Assembly (NCBI GenBank): GCA_046330715.1
Contig: JAXLSG010000007.1
Location: 96,629 to 160,628, forward strand
Direction: 5' to 3'
DNA from: Candidatus Nanopelagicales bacterium
GTDB lineage: Bacteria; Actinomycetota; Actinomycetes; S36-B12; CAIYMF01
DNA length: 64,000 bases
Shown here: positions 29,467 to 39,286 of the stretch, in pieces
Layout of the letters: the number at the start of each line of letters is the position of its first letter
Numbering within the stretch: position 1 is the first letter of the stretch
Position numbers and translations under genes: made by a program
The notes under the pieces: generated by a model
Databases searched by the model: none
Told to the model about the DNA's origin: nothing
Seen by the model: only the letters and a program-made list of their open reading frames with translations

Positions 29467-31575
29467 TCAGTGGGGCGCGGCGTGCAGCCGCACCTGGGCG
29501 CCGCCGCTGTTCTTGGCCTCGAAGCACGCGTGGTCCGCGGCGCTCAGCAGCGCCGCGACGTCCTGCGACGACGCGGCCGTCACGGGTACGGCGCCGACGC
29601 TCACCGTCACGCCGAGGTCGCCGACGATCGCCTCCGACACGGCGTCGACGATCTGGTCGGCGATGAGCGTGCCGTGCTCCACCGCGCAGTCGACGAGGAG
29701 CACGGTGAACTCGTCGCCGCCCATGCGCCCCACGGAGTCTCCGCGACGGACCTTCGACTGCAGCGCACGACCGACCTCGCGCAGCAGCGTGTCGCCCGCC
29801 TCGTGCCCACCACGGCTGTTGATCCCGCGGAACCCGTCGAGGTCGAGGTACATCAGGTAGTGCTCCGAGCCGTCGAGGCCGCACCGCTCGCGGGCGCCGC
29901 GCAGCGCGCGGAGGAAGCCGCGGCGGTTGAGCAGGTCGGTGAGCGGGTCGTGCACGGCCTCGTAGCCGTAGGCCTCGGCCTCGCGCCGCGCCCGCATCTC
30001 GACGCCGGTCACCAGGAGCAGGAACGCCTCGAGGAGCCCGATCACGAGCACCGAGGCGACCAGCAGGACCGGCACGTTCGCCGACGTGATCGACGCGAGG
30101 GCGTCGTCGGTGAGCGCCGCGTGCACCTTCCACGTCCGGCCGTTCACGTCGAACGTCTGCGACGCGCCGGTCCCCGTGGTCGCGCCGTCGTGCGGGGAGA
30201 CACCGGCGAGACGCACCGGGTGCTCCGCGTCGGTGACGTCGGTCAGGACGACTCCGACGTCGTCCCACTGCGGCCCGCCGAGCGCAGTGGTGACCAGGTC
30301 GCCGATCCGTACGACGCCGGTCGCGTACCCCACGATCGTGGCGCGCCGCGCTGCCGCGCTCGGCGGGACCGTGCCTCCGGCGTACACGGGCTGCAGGACG
30401 AGCATCCCCTTCTGGCTCCCGGTCTCCTGCACGAGCTCGATCGGCGCCGTCGAGGTCAGCAGACCGGAGTCGCGCGCCTGCACCACCGCGGCCTCGCGGA
30501 CCGGGTTCGACGCGATGTCGTACCCGAGTGCCGCCCGGTTGCCCTCGACCGGCTCGATGTAGGCGACCACGACGTACTCCGCACGGGCGGCGGCCGGCAC
30601 GAGGTTGCCGTCGGAGTCCTTCTCGGTCACGCGGAAGGTCCCGAGCCCGGGCTGCGACTGCTGCAGGCGCACGAACGCCGGCAGCCCGGCGGCCGTGACC
30701 ACCGGGTTCCACGACACCGCCTGCAGCGACGGGTTGCTCTGCAGCGCAGCTTTCGTGAACGTGCGGAACTCGTCGACCGAGACGAACTGCGACGAGCTCT
30801 GGAAGGACCCGATGCCCTGCAGCACCTCGCCCTGGCGGGTCGTCGCCAGCGTCAGGGCGGTCACGGCGCGCTCGGCGACCTGCCGCTCGCTCTGCTGCGC
30901 GCGCTCGCCGTCGAGGCTGCGGTTGAAGACGAAGCCGCCGAGGACGACGACCGTGGCGAGCAACGACGGCACCGCGACCTTCCAGCGCCGGCCGTCCCAC
31001 GTGTCGGCGAGCTCGGGCAGCAGCATGAGCACGATCGGCGCGAACACGATGACGCCGGTGGCGTCGCCGGCCCACCAGGTGACCCACCCGATGAGCGCCT
31101 GGCTCGGCGAGATCACGCCGGTCGCGAGCTGGATGCTCACGCCCACCGTCGCGTTGACGACGCACGCGACCGGCCCCGCGAGCGCGAGGAAGGCGAGGAT
31201 CTGCCCGGCCGAGTCGAGCGGGAGGTCGTGCCCGACGAAGCGGCGCACGAGGGTGTCGCCGGTGAGCGCCTGCAGGGTCGCGCCGAGGGCGATGCAGATC
31301 GCCGTGAGGAGCAGAGCGCTCGACGAGACCTCGCCGCGCTCCAGCGTGCCGAAGTTGACGGCGAACGAGCCCACGAGCACGCCGACGGCGAGGTAGCGAC
31401 CGCGCTGGTGCACTGCCGCGAACGCGAGCCCGGCAGCGGGCCACAGAGGCGCTGCCAGCCCGGTGAAGCGGGCCACGAAGAGCATAAGGAAGCCCAGGCC
31501 GGCGTAGAGCACCGCGACGAGCGCCACCTGTCCGACGGCGCTCCAGCCGCTGCGGCCCGGTCCGGTCGCTCGCAC
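29467..31575 (-). CDS. MASE1-CHASE-GGDEF diguanylate cyclase (start could be 31626)
   Basis: LWPAAG and WWAGDATG (MASE1), YIEP..NRAALGYD (CHASE), HDPLT, RRGD, GGDEF. Confidence 0.9.
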   Translation of the reverse strand: MRATGPGRSGWSAVGQVALVAVLYAGLGFLMLFVARFTGLAAPLWPAAGLAFAAVHQRGRYLAVGVLVGSFAVNFGTLERGEVSSSALLLTAICIALGATLQALTGDTLVRRFVGHDLPLDSAGQILAFLALAGPVACVVNATVGVSIQLATGVISPSQALIGWVTWWAGDATGVIVFAPIVLMLLPELADTWDGRRWKVAVPSLLATVVVLGGFVFNRSLDGERAQQSERQVAERAVTALTLATTRQGEVLQGIGSFQSSSQFVSVDEFRTFTKAALQSNPSLQAVSWNPVVTAAGLPAFVRLQQSQPGLGTFRVTEKDSDGNLVPAAARAEYVVVAYIEPVEGNRAALGYDIASNPVREAAVVQARDSGLLTSTAPIELVQETGSQKGMLVLQPVYAGGTVPPSAAARRATIVGYATGVVRIGDLVTTALGGPQWDDVGVVLTDVTDAEHPVRLAGVSPHDGATTGTGASQTFDVNGRTWKVHAALTDDALASITSANVPVLLVASVLVIGLLEAFLLLVTGVEMRARREAEAYGYEAVHDPLTDLLNRRGFLRALRGARERCGLDGSEHYLMYLDLDGFRGINSRGGHEAGDTLLREVGRALQSKVRRGDSVGRMGGDEFTVLLVDCAVEHGTLIADQIVDAVSEAIVGDLGVTVSVGAVPVTAASSQDVAALLSAADHACFEAKNSGGAQVRLHAAPH

Positions 31576-31678
31576 TGCTCCCCCTCGACGTCCGTCCCGG
31601 TCCGCCGCCCCTGGATGCAGGCTCACTATCGCCCCTCGTCGGGGGCTGATGCGCGGTGGGACGTCGTCCCAGCGGGCG

Positions 31679-33715
31679 TCAGGCGCCCGCCGGGTCCGCT
31701 GCCTCCTCGCGTACGGCCGAGTCGGGGATCACGGCAGCGAGCCACGAGGGCACCTCGCCGTCGTCGTCGCTGAAGCGCGTGCGCAGCGACGCCGGGTCGA
31801 CGCCCCACGACCTGAGCTGGCCCACGACCGTGTCGCGTGCCGCACCGATGCGCCGCGCGAGCAGACGGCGTACCGACCACTGCAGCTCGCGCTCGCGCAG
31901 CGCCTGCTCGACGAGCTCCTCCTGCTCGAAGGAGAGGCCGTAGGCGCGGGCGACGGCGGCTGCCGTGTCGTAGCGGTAGTCGTGACCGGGCGACGGGTTG
32001 AACTCGCCCGGCCGCAGGTTCATCGCGTTCTTGACGTCGGCGAGCTCGACGAGGAACGAGATGAACGGCACGTGCGTGCCGGTCGGACGGCCCCAGTAGT
32101 CGACCTGGTGGCGCACGAGGCTCGACGGGTCGGCCAGCGCCACCGGGTCGGTGGGGTGGGTGAGGTTGAGGTGCCCGGGACGTGCCTCGAGCGCCTGGTC
32201 GCGGCCCGTGGCGTACTGCAGGCCGCGCTGCTCGCGGACGGCCGGGTGCGTCGGCCGCAGCGCGCGGTCGGTCTGGGAGTAGATCGGCACGCCGGCGTAG
32301 ACGCCGCCGTGGAAGCCGATCGCCTCGAGCTCCTCGGCGAGGGTGACGCCGAACCCGTCGAGCGCCACGATCGAGCCGAGCGACTCCCCGAACGCGAACA
32401 GCTTCACACCGGGGTTCAGCTCGCGGGCGCGTGCCGCGAGGGCGCGCGCGTAGGCGGCGTACGCCGTGGCCGCCTGGCGGCGCTTGGGCATGGCGAGCGC
32501 CGACGGCACCTGCGCATAGGGCACGGTGACGGTCGCGCAGTCGCCGGCGGTGAGGAGCTCGACGGTCTCGGTGTGCACGTAGGAGACGTAGCCGTCGCCC
32601 GTCGGCGCCGAGAGCACGATCGTGCCCTTCGCGAAGCCGCCGAGCCGCTCGACCTCGGCCACGAGCGCGGCCGCATCGACCGCGAGGTCGCCGGTCTGCG
32701 CGCCGAGCGGGAGCATCGCGCGCACCGGGTCGCTCGCGTCGACGCCGAGCACGTGGTGCAGCTCCTTGGCCGTGTACGCCTGGGAGATGAAGCGACGTCC
32801 CTCGCGGCCGAGGTCGCCGAAGTCGTACGCCGAGTCGGGACCGCCCGTCACGCCGCTGCGCTCGGGCACCGCGGCGTACGCCTCCTCGAGCACCTTCTCC
32901 TCGACGGCGACGCGCGAGGAGTAGAACGACAGCGCGACGACCGCGCCGCCGGCGAGCACGAGGCCCACGATCCCGTGGCCGATCATGTGCGCGAGGTCGC
33001 CGGGCTCGTCCTCGCCCGTCATGCCGCGGGCCATCCACTCGACGAGGTGCCCCTCGAGCGCGACGACGCCGAGCGTGACCGCGGCGACGCCCGCGGCGCG
33101 CGCCGCAGCGACGGGGAGGCTCGCGCCCCACTGGAACTCGATGCGGGTCGGCGGGCTGCCCTCGTGCGGCGGCAGCGTGAAGTAGCGCAGGAAGCGCGGG
33201 TGCCGCGAGACAGCGGCGAGCGCGACGCCGACGCCGATCTCGCCGAGGATCACGACGACGGGGTGGCGCGGGCGGATCGACTCGGGCAGGCGATAGCCGA
33301 GGGTGTCGCTGCCCGCGACGAGCGCGGCGGCACCGGTCGCGACGGCCACGAGCTCGGCGCCGGACCCGACGGCGGCCGTCGCGATCGGGAGGCGCTCCTC
33401 CTTCTCCGCGAGGGCACGGGCGCGTCGGCGCACGCCGTACGCGACGCCCGCGGCCGCCACAGCGACGACCCCGGTCACGACCGCGGTACGCCGGTCGCGC
33501 TGCTGCTCGTCGCTCGCACCCACGAGGTCGCGCACGACGTTCGTGGTCGCCGTGGCCGTGGCGTAGGCGAGCGCCATGCCGGCGCCGGAGACGATCGCGC
33601 GGTCGAGCGCCGGCCTCGGGATCGTGCCCGCGATGCGGGTCAGCGGGTAGACCGCGACGGCGGCGAGCAGCCCCGCGCGACGGCCGTCGGTCAGCCGCGG
33701 CAGCTGCACCTGCAT
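31679..33715 (-). CDS. Membrane alpha/beta-hydrolase (Abhydrolase_9-like)
   Basis: N-terminal TMs, LGREGRRF, PTGDGYV, FGESLG, HPTDPV, GHDY; GAGGAG RBS. Confidence 0.82.
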   Translation of the reverse strand: MQVQLPRLTDGRRAGLLAAVAVYPLTRIAGTIPRPALDRAIVSGAGMALAYATATATTNVVRDLVGASDEQQRDRRTAVVTGVVAVAAAGVAYGVRRRARALAEKEERLPIATAAVGSGAELVAVATGAAALVAGSDTLGYRLPESIRPRHPVVVILGEIGVGVALAAVSRHPRFLRYFTLPPHEGSPPTRIEFQWGASLPVAAARAAGVAAVTLGVVALEGHLVEWMARGMTGEDEPGDLAHMIGHGIVGLVLAGGAVVALSFYSSRVAVEEKVLEEAYAAVPERSGVTGGPDSAYDFGDLGREGRRFISQAYTAKELHHVLGVDASDPVRAMLPLGAQTGDLAVDAAALVAEVERLGGFAKGTIVLSAPTGDGYVSYVHTETVELLTAGDCATVTVPYAQVPSALAMPKRRQAATAYAAYARALAARARELNPGVKLFAFGESLGSIVALDGFGVTLAEELEAIGFHGGVYAGVPIYSQTDRALRPTHPAVREQRGLQYATGRDQALEARPGHLNLTHPTDPVALADPSSLVRHQVDYWGRPTGTHVPFISFLVELADVKNAMNLRPGEFNPSPGHDYRYDTAAAVARAYGLSFEQEELVEQALRERELQWSVRRLLARRIGAARDTVVGQLRSWGVDPASLRTRFSDDDGEVPSWLAAVIPDSAVREEAADPAGA

Positions 33716-33867
33716 GCGTCCACTCCTCGTCGCGCCGGGAACGTGCCGGACCAGCGTACGGGGCTCCGCGGGAGCGCGTCCGCCCACCGCCGCGACCGCG
33801 TGCCCCGAGCGGCTCACGCGGGTCGCCGGGCCGGGCGCTTACCCTGGACCGGTCCGGGAGAGGGAGG

Positions 33868-34668
33868 GTGCTCGTGCGCAGGACGGCCTGGGTGGCTGCG
33901 GGCGCGGTGTTCGTCGCCGTGCTGTCGCTGCTCGCCCCCGCAGGCGCCGAGGGCGTCGTCGCGCCGGCGCCCACCGTGCCGGCGCACGCGGCCTCGACGG
34001 GCCTGAGCACGATGGCGGTGCGCCTGGCCCCGCACGTGCCGGGCGCGGGCCGCTTCGACGGACGCATCCCGGCCACCGTGCGCCAGGTGATCGTCGTGAG
34101 CGCGCCGCGCTGGTCGTCGACGTACGGCACCGTCACGCTCTACCAGCGCTGGGGCTTCGGCTGGAAGAAGCTCGCGGCGTGGTCCGCGCGTCTCGGCTAC
34201 GGCGGCCTGGTGCTCGGCACTCGTCGTGTTCAGGGCACCGGTACGACGCCGGCCGGGGCCTACGCGATCACGCAGGCCTTCGGCCGCCAGGCCGATCCCG
34301 GGACGGCGCTCCCCTACACGAAGGTCACGCGCGACCACTGGTGGGTCGAGGACCGCAGGTCGGCGTACTACAACGAGATGCGCCTGGGCAGCCAGGGCGG
34401 CTTCGCGCTGCGCACCACGGGCTACAACTCCTCGGAGCGCCTGGCGTACATGGGCGCGCAGTACGACTACGCCGCCGTCGTCGACTTCAACCGGCCGAAC
34501 CCGGTGATCGGTCGCGGCGCCGGCATCTTCCTGCACGCCTTCGGGAAGGGCGCGACCGCGGGCTGCATCTCGATCCGCGTCGACCGCATGAAGGCGACGC
34601 TGCGCTGGCTGTCGCCCGCGCAGCGGCCGTGGATCCTCATCGGCCAGTCGACCTGGCTCGCGGGCTGA
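33868..34668 (+). CDS. Secreted L,D-transpeptidase (YkuD-like)
   Basis: Signal peptide; TPAG, GAGIFLH..ATAGCI catalytic His/Cys. Confidence 0.88.
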   Translation: MLVRRTAWVAAGAVFVAVLSLLAPAGAEGVVAPAPTVPAHAASTGLSTMAVRLAPHVPGAGRFDGRIPATVRQVIVVSAPRWSSTYGTVTLYQRWGFGWKKLAAWSARLGYGGLVLGTRRVQGTGTTPAGAYAITQAFGRQADPGTALPYTKVTRDHWWVEDRRSAYYNEMRLGSQGGFALRTTGYNSSERLAYMGAQYDYAAVVDFNRPNPVIGRGAGIFLHAFGKGATAGCISIRVDRMKATLRWLSPAQRPWILIGQSTWLAG

Positions 34669-34674
34669 CCGTCG

Positions 34675-35505
34675 TCACGACGTCAGGAAGTCGACCACCA
34701 GCCGGTTGAACGCGGCGGCGTGCTCGATCTGCGTCCAGTGCCCGCAGCGACCGAAGACGTGCAGCTGCACGTCCTGCAGCAGGCGCAGCAGCGTGTAGGC
34801 GTTCTCCAGCGGGATGATCTGGTCGTCGCGGCCGTGCACCACGAGCGTCTTGTGCGGCAGCGCGGCGATGACGTCGTCGGGCGTGCGCATCGCGTCGACC
34901 CACCGCTGCCGAGGAGCAGGGAACATCGCGGCGAACGACTCCTGGAAGCCGGGCTGGATGCTCGCCTCGTAGCGCACCTGCGCGAGCTCGTCGTTGACCA
35001 GGCTGCGGTCGTAGGCGAACAGGTCGAGCAGGCGGCGCATGGTCTCGATCGAGGGCTCGTACCCCCACACGTCGTCGAGGCCCTGGGTGATCTCGAAGTG
35101 CACACCGACGCTGCCCATGAGCACGAGCCGGTCGACGCGGTCGGGGTGCGTTGCCGCGAGGTGCAGCGCGAGCGCGCCGCCGAAGCTGTTGCCCACGAGG
35201 TGCGTCTTCTCGATGCCCAGGGTGTCGAGCAGCCCGACCGCCTGGTCGACCCACTGCTGCATCGAGTACGTGATCCCCTCGGGCCGCTCGGTGAAGCCGA
35301 AGCCCACAGCGTCCGGCGCGATCACGCGCAGCCGCTCGCTGAGCGCCGGGATCGTGAGCCGCCAGTTGGCGTACGCCGAGACCCCGGGACCCGAGCCGTG
35401 CAGCAGCAGGACGGGAGGTGCGTCGGGACTCCCCGACTCGAGGACGTTGGTGGCGATGCCGGCCGCGTCGACGGTCCGGCCGATCTCAGGGCGCGTCTCG
35501 GTCAT
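34675..35505 (-). CDS. Meta-cleavage product hydrolase (BphD/TodF/CumD family)
   Basis: LLHGSGPGVSAYANW, GNSFGG, HGRDDQIIP, CGHWTQIEH. Confidence 0.9.
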   Translation of the reverse strand: MTETRPEIGRTVDAAGIATNVLESGSPDAPPVLLLHGSGPGVSAYANWRLTIPALSERLRVIAPDAVGFGFTERPEGITYSMQQWVDQAVGLLDTLGIEKTHLVGNSFGGALALHLAATHPDRVDRLVLMGSVGVHFEITQGLDDVWGYEPSIETMRRLLDLFAYDRSLVNDELAQVRYEASIQPGFQESFAAMFPAPRQRWVDAMRTPDDVIAALPHKTLVVHGRDDQIIPLENAYTLLRLLQDVQLHVFGRCGHWTQIEHAAAFNRLVVDFLTS

Positions 35506-35570
35506 GGCCGCACTCTGCTCCCCCGCCGCACCGCGGCGCAGCCGGAGTTCCCCGAGACGGAACGAGCGGG

Positions 35571-36635
35571 CTACTGGACCCGCACGCGCGCGTAGACGCC
35601 CCAGAAGTTCGGGCTCTCCATCCACCCGTCGCCGGTCAGCTGGCTGGCGGCGTAGTCGCCCGGAGGCAGGTCGTAGTACCAGTACGCCGCGTGCCCGGCC
35701 GAGACCCCGCCGAGGAACTCGATGTTGCCGACGCTCGTGAAGCAGTTCCTCACCGGGAGCCTGCTGGGGTTGTCCCCGACGCTGCAGGTCCTGCGGTCGG
35801 CGAGCTCGGCGTCGGTGACGTCGGCCGCCAGGCTCGCGAGCCCCAGGGTGCCGACGTAGCCCGGCGCACCGGTGGCACGCAGGAACCCGCGCTGCGGGAT
35901 CACCGCAGGCATCTGCACGGGCACGTCCAGCGGGGTCGGGCTGAACTGCACGTCGGCGACGACGGGGAGCGACGACGTCGCATCCTCGACCGGTCCCGAC
36001 ACGGTCACCTCGCGGATGCTGCCAGCCGCTCCGTACGCCATGCCGCCGTAGCCGGCGTAGAACCAGTAGCGCCCCGGCTCCAGCGTGACGGCGAAGGTGC
36101 CGACGCCGCCCGGGGTGGGGTTGCGCACGTTGCCCTTGACGCGCGTCGGCTGCGCGGTGCCGCCGCCGAGGAAGGTCGCCGACGTGCGCCACCGGCGGTA
36201 GGCCGCCCGGAACGCCGCGACGTCGTCCTCCGACGGGGGCTGCGCCTCCTTCTGCAGGCGCAGGAACTTCTCGCGGGTGAGGCCGTCGCCCGGTCGCGCG
36301 ACCTGCACGGTCCCGTTGTCGTGCGGATCGGGGGTGGAGACCTGCACGACGTAGGTGCCGGCCGCCAGCTGCGTCGGCACGGTGACGTCGGTCCCGAGCA
36401 CCGTGACGGAGAGGGTCTTGATGCCGGCCTCGGTCTGCTCGGTGGTCGGTGCCCAGGCGGGCGCCGTCGGGAGCATCGGCTGCGGCGCCCGCGGCGGGAT
36501 CCCAGGCCCGACCGTGTAGTGCGGACCGCCGGGCCTGGTGCCGGGCGCGGGCGACGAGCAGGCGGCGAGCACCGCGGTCGCGCTCGCGGCGGCCAGCATC
36601 AGGGCGGCGGCACGCCGTCGCCGGTTCACGCGCAC
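35571..36635 (-). CDS. Hypothetical lipoprotein
   Basis: Arg-rich N-region, hydrophobic stretch and LAAC lipobox; two beta-rich segments ending LEPGRY and LPPGDY. Confidence 0.7.
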   Translation of the reverse strand: MRVNRRRRAAALMLAAASATAVLAACSSPAPGTRPGGPHYTVGPGIPPRAPQPMLPTAPAWAPTTEQTEAGIKTLSVTVLGTDVTVPTQLAAGTYVVQVSTPDPHDNGTVQVARPGDGLTREKFLRLQKEAQPPSEDDVAAFRAAYRRWRTSATFLGGGTAQPTRVKGNVRNPTPGGVGTFAVTLEPGRYWFYAGYGGMAYGAAGSIREVTVSGPVEDATSSLPVVADVQFSPTPLDVPVQMPAVIPQRGFLRATGAPGYVGTLGLASLAADVTDAELADRRTCSVGDNPSRLPVRNCFTSVGNIEFLGGVSAGHAAYWYYDLPPGDYAASQLTGDGWMESPNFWGVYARVRVQ

Positions 36636-36820
36636 GGCATCCCCTTCCGCAGCACGGCTCGACGCCGTCAAGGTAGCCCCGGATCCGCCGTGAGCGCTTC
36701 CACCGAGCGGTCGACGTCGTCCACCGCCGGATCCACCGGATCGGTCGATCCGTCGCCAGGAGACCCGAGCCCGGGCAGTGCCAGGGTGGGAGCAGGAACC
36801 CCACGGACGACGGAGCGGTC

Positions 36821-39172
36821 ATGGCTGCGCAGTGGAACGGGAAGGTCGCGCTCGACATCCGCGACGCGACGCCGGACTGGACGCCGTACGTCGCACCGAC
36901 GGCACCCGACGGTGCGCCCAACGTGCTGTTCGTCGTCTGGGACGACGTCGGCTTCGGCACGATGGAGTCCTTCGGCGGGCCGGTGCGCACACCGGCGATG
37001 GACCGCGTCGCCGAACGCGGCGTGAAGTACGCCAACTTCCACACGACGGCGCTGTGCTCCCCCACGCGCGCGTCGCTCCTCACCGGCCGCAACGCCACGA
37101 GCAACGGCATGGCGACCATCGCCGAGTTCAGCTCGGGCTTCCCCGGCATCTCCACGCGCATCCCGTTCGAGAACGGCCTCATCTCCGAGGTGCTCGTCGA
37201 GAACGGCTACAACACCTACTGCGTGGGCAAGTGGCACCTCACGCCGGGCGAGGAGACCGGCATGAGCGCGTGGAAGCGGCGCTGGCCGCTCGGCCGCGGG
37301 TTCGAGCGCTTCTACGGCTTCCTCGGCGGCGAGACCAGCTCCTGGTATCCCGACCTCGTCCACGACAACCACCCGGTCGAGCCGCCCTCGCGCCCGGAGG
37401 ACGGCTACCACGTCGCCTGGGACCTCACCGACAAGGCGATCGGGTTCATCAAGGACTCGACCACCATCGACCCCGGCAAGCCGTGGTTCCTCTACTTCTC
37501 CCTCGACGCCGCGCACGCGCCGCACCACGTGTGGTCGGAGTGGGCCGACCGCTACCAGGGCGTGTTCGACGACGGCTACGAGGCGATCCGCGACCGGATC
37601 CTCGCGCGGCAGAAGGAGCTCGGGCTGCTCCCCGACGACACCGAGCTCTCGCCGATCAACCCGCACGGCGAGCCGATGCGCACGAGCCCCGACGGCAAGC
37701 CCTGGCCGCTGCTCGACACGGTGCGGCCGTGGGCGTCGCTGTCCGACGACGAGAAGCGGCTGTTCGTGCGGATGGCCGAGGTATTCGCCGGCTACGTCGA
37801 GTACACCGACACCCAGGTCGGGAGGCTGCTCGACTACCTCGAAGAGTCCGGGCAGCTCGACAACACGATCGTCGTCGTCGTGAGCGACAACGGCGCGAGC
37901 GGCGAGGGCGGGCCCAACGGCACGTTCAACGAGTGGCACTTCTTCAACGGCATCCCGACCCCGACCGAGCTGTCGCTTCAGCACATCGACGACCTCGGCA
38001 GCCCCAAGACCCACAACCACTACAACACCGGCTGGGCTTGGGCCTTCGACACCCCGTTCCCCTACTGGAAGCGCTGGGCGGGGTACGAGGGCGGCATCGC
38101 CGACATGTGCCTGGTCTCGTGGCCGGCGAAGGTCGCGCACGACGACCGTCCGCGCCAGCAGTACGTGCACGCCGTCGACGTCGTGCCCACGGTCTACGAG
38201 CTCATCGGCATCGAGCCGCCCGAGCGCGTCGCCGGCTACGAGCAGAGCCCGATCGAGGGCGAGAGCTTCGCGGCGTCGCTCACCGACCCGGCCGCGCCGT
38301 CGAAGAGCGAGCAGTTCTACGCCATGCTCGGCCAGCGCTCGATCTACCAGGACGGCTGGCTCGCGACGACGATGCACCCGCCGCTGGCCGGCTGGGGCGG
38401 GTTCGAGAACGACGAGTGGGAGCTCTACCACGTCGAGGTCGACCGGGCGCAGGCACGCAACGTCGCGGCCGAGCACCCCGAGAAGGTCGCCGCGCTCGTC
38501 GCCCGATGGTTCGAGCTCGCGGAGGTCTACAACGGCCTCCCGCTCGACGACCGCAACGCCCTCGAGCAGACCCTCGCCGACCGGCCCAAGGGCTCGCCGC
38601 CCCGCGACCGCTACGTCTACTACCCGGGCGTCTCCGCGGTGCCCGAGTTCTCCGGGCCGCAGCTGCCCGGGCGGTCCTACTCCATCGCGGCAGGTGTCGT
38701 GCTCGACTCGGCCGACGCCGAGGGCGTGCTCTACGCGCAGGGCGGTGTCGCGGGCGGCCACACGCTGTACGTGCAGGACCACCGGCTCGTCTACGCCTAC
38801 AACTGGCTCGACATCCAGCACACCACCGTGGTCTCCGACCGCGAGCTGGCGCCCGGACCGCACGTCCTGACCGCGGAGTTCACCGCCGAGAGCCGCAGCG
38901 AGCCGCCGATGCCGGGCGCGAAGGGCACGCTGCGCCTCTACGTCGACGGCGACGAGGTCGCGAGCAGCCCGCTCGTCACGCAGCCGGGGTACTTCAACCC
39001 GGTCGGCGACGGCCACGTCGTCGGGCGCAAGGACGGCTCGCCCGTCACGACGGCGTACGCACCGCCGTTCGCCTTCACCGGCGGCCGGATCGACCGTGTC
39101 GTGATCGACCTCAGCGGTACGCCGTACCGCGACCACGAGGCCGAGGTGCGCGGCTGGTTCCTCATCGACTAG
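36821..39172 (+). CDS. Arylsulfatase (Cys-type)
   Basis: PNVLFVVWDDVG, LCSPTRASLLTGR, GKWH, SDNG. Confidence 0.94.
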   Translation: MAAQWNGKVALDIRDATPDWTPYVAPTAPDGAPNVLFVVWDDVGFGTMESFGGPVRTPAMDRVAERGVKYANFHTTALCSPTRASLLTGRNATSNGMATIAEFSSGFPGISTRIPFENGLISEVLVENGYNTYCVGKWHLTPGEETGMSAWKRRWPLGRGFERFYGFLGGETSSWYPDLVHDNHPVEPPSRPEDGYHVAWDLTDKAIGFIKDSTTIDPGKPWFLYFSLDAAHAPHHVWSEWADRYQGVFDDGYEAIRDRILARQKELGLLPDDTELSPINPHGEPMRTSPDGKPWPLLDTVRPWASLSDDEKRLFVRMAEVFAGYVEYTDTQVGRLLDYLEESGQLDNTIVVVVSDNGASGEGGPNGTFNEWHFFNGIPTPTELSLQHIDDLGSPKTHNHYNTGWAWAFDTPFPYWKRWAGYEGGIADMCLVSWPAKVAHDDRPRQQYVHAVDVVPTVYELIGIEPPERVAGYEQSPIEGESFAASLTDPAAPSKSEQFYAMLGQRSIYQDGWLATTMHPPLAGWGGFENDEWELYHVEVDRAQARNVAAEHPEKVAALVARWFELAEVYNGLPLDDRNALEQTLADRPKGSPPRDRYVYYPGVSAVPEFSGPQLPGRSYSIAAGVVLDSADAEGVLYAQGGVAGGHTLYVQDHRLVYAYNWLDIQHTTVVSDRELAPGPHVLTAEFTAESRSEPPMPGAKGTLRLYVDGDEVASSPLVTQPGYFNPVGDGHVVGRKDGSPVTTAYAPPFAFTGGRIDRVVIDLSGTPYRDHEAEVRGWFLID

Positions 39173-39179
39173 CCCGCGC

Positions 39180-39219
39180 TCGTAGTTCCCCGAACATGAT
39201 CATGTTCGGGGAACTACGA
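39180..39219. repeat. Perfect 40-bp palindrome with no loop
   Basis: TCGTAGTTCCCCGAACATGA|TCATGTTCGGGGAACTACGA. Confidence 0.95.
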
Positions 39220-39286
39220 CCGAGGCGCGCCGTCCGCACGGGCGACGCGCCTCCCTGCGTCCCGACCCGTCGCCCGGAGGTGCAGC

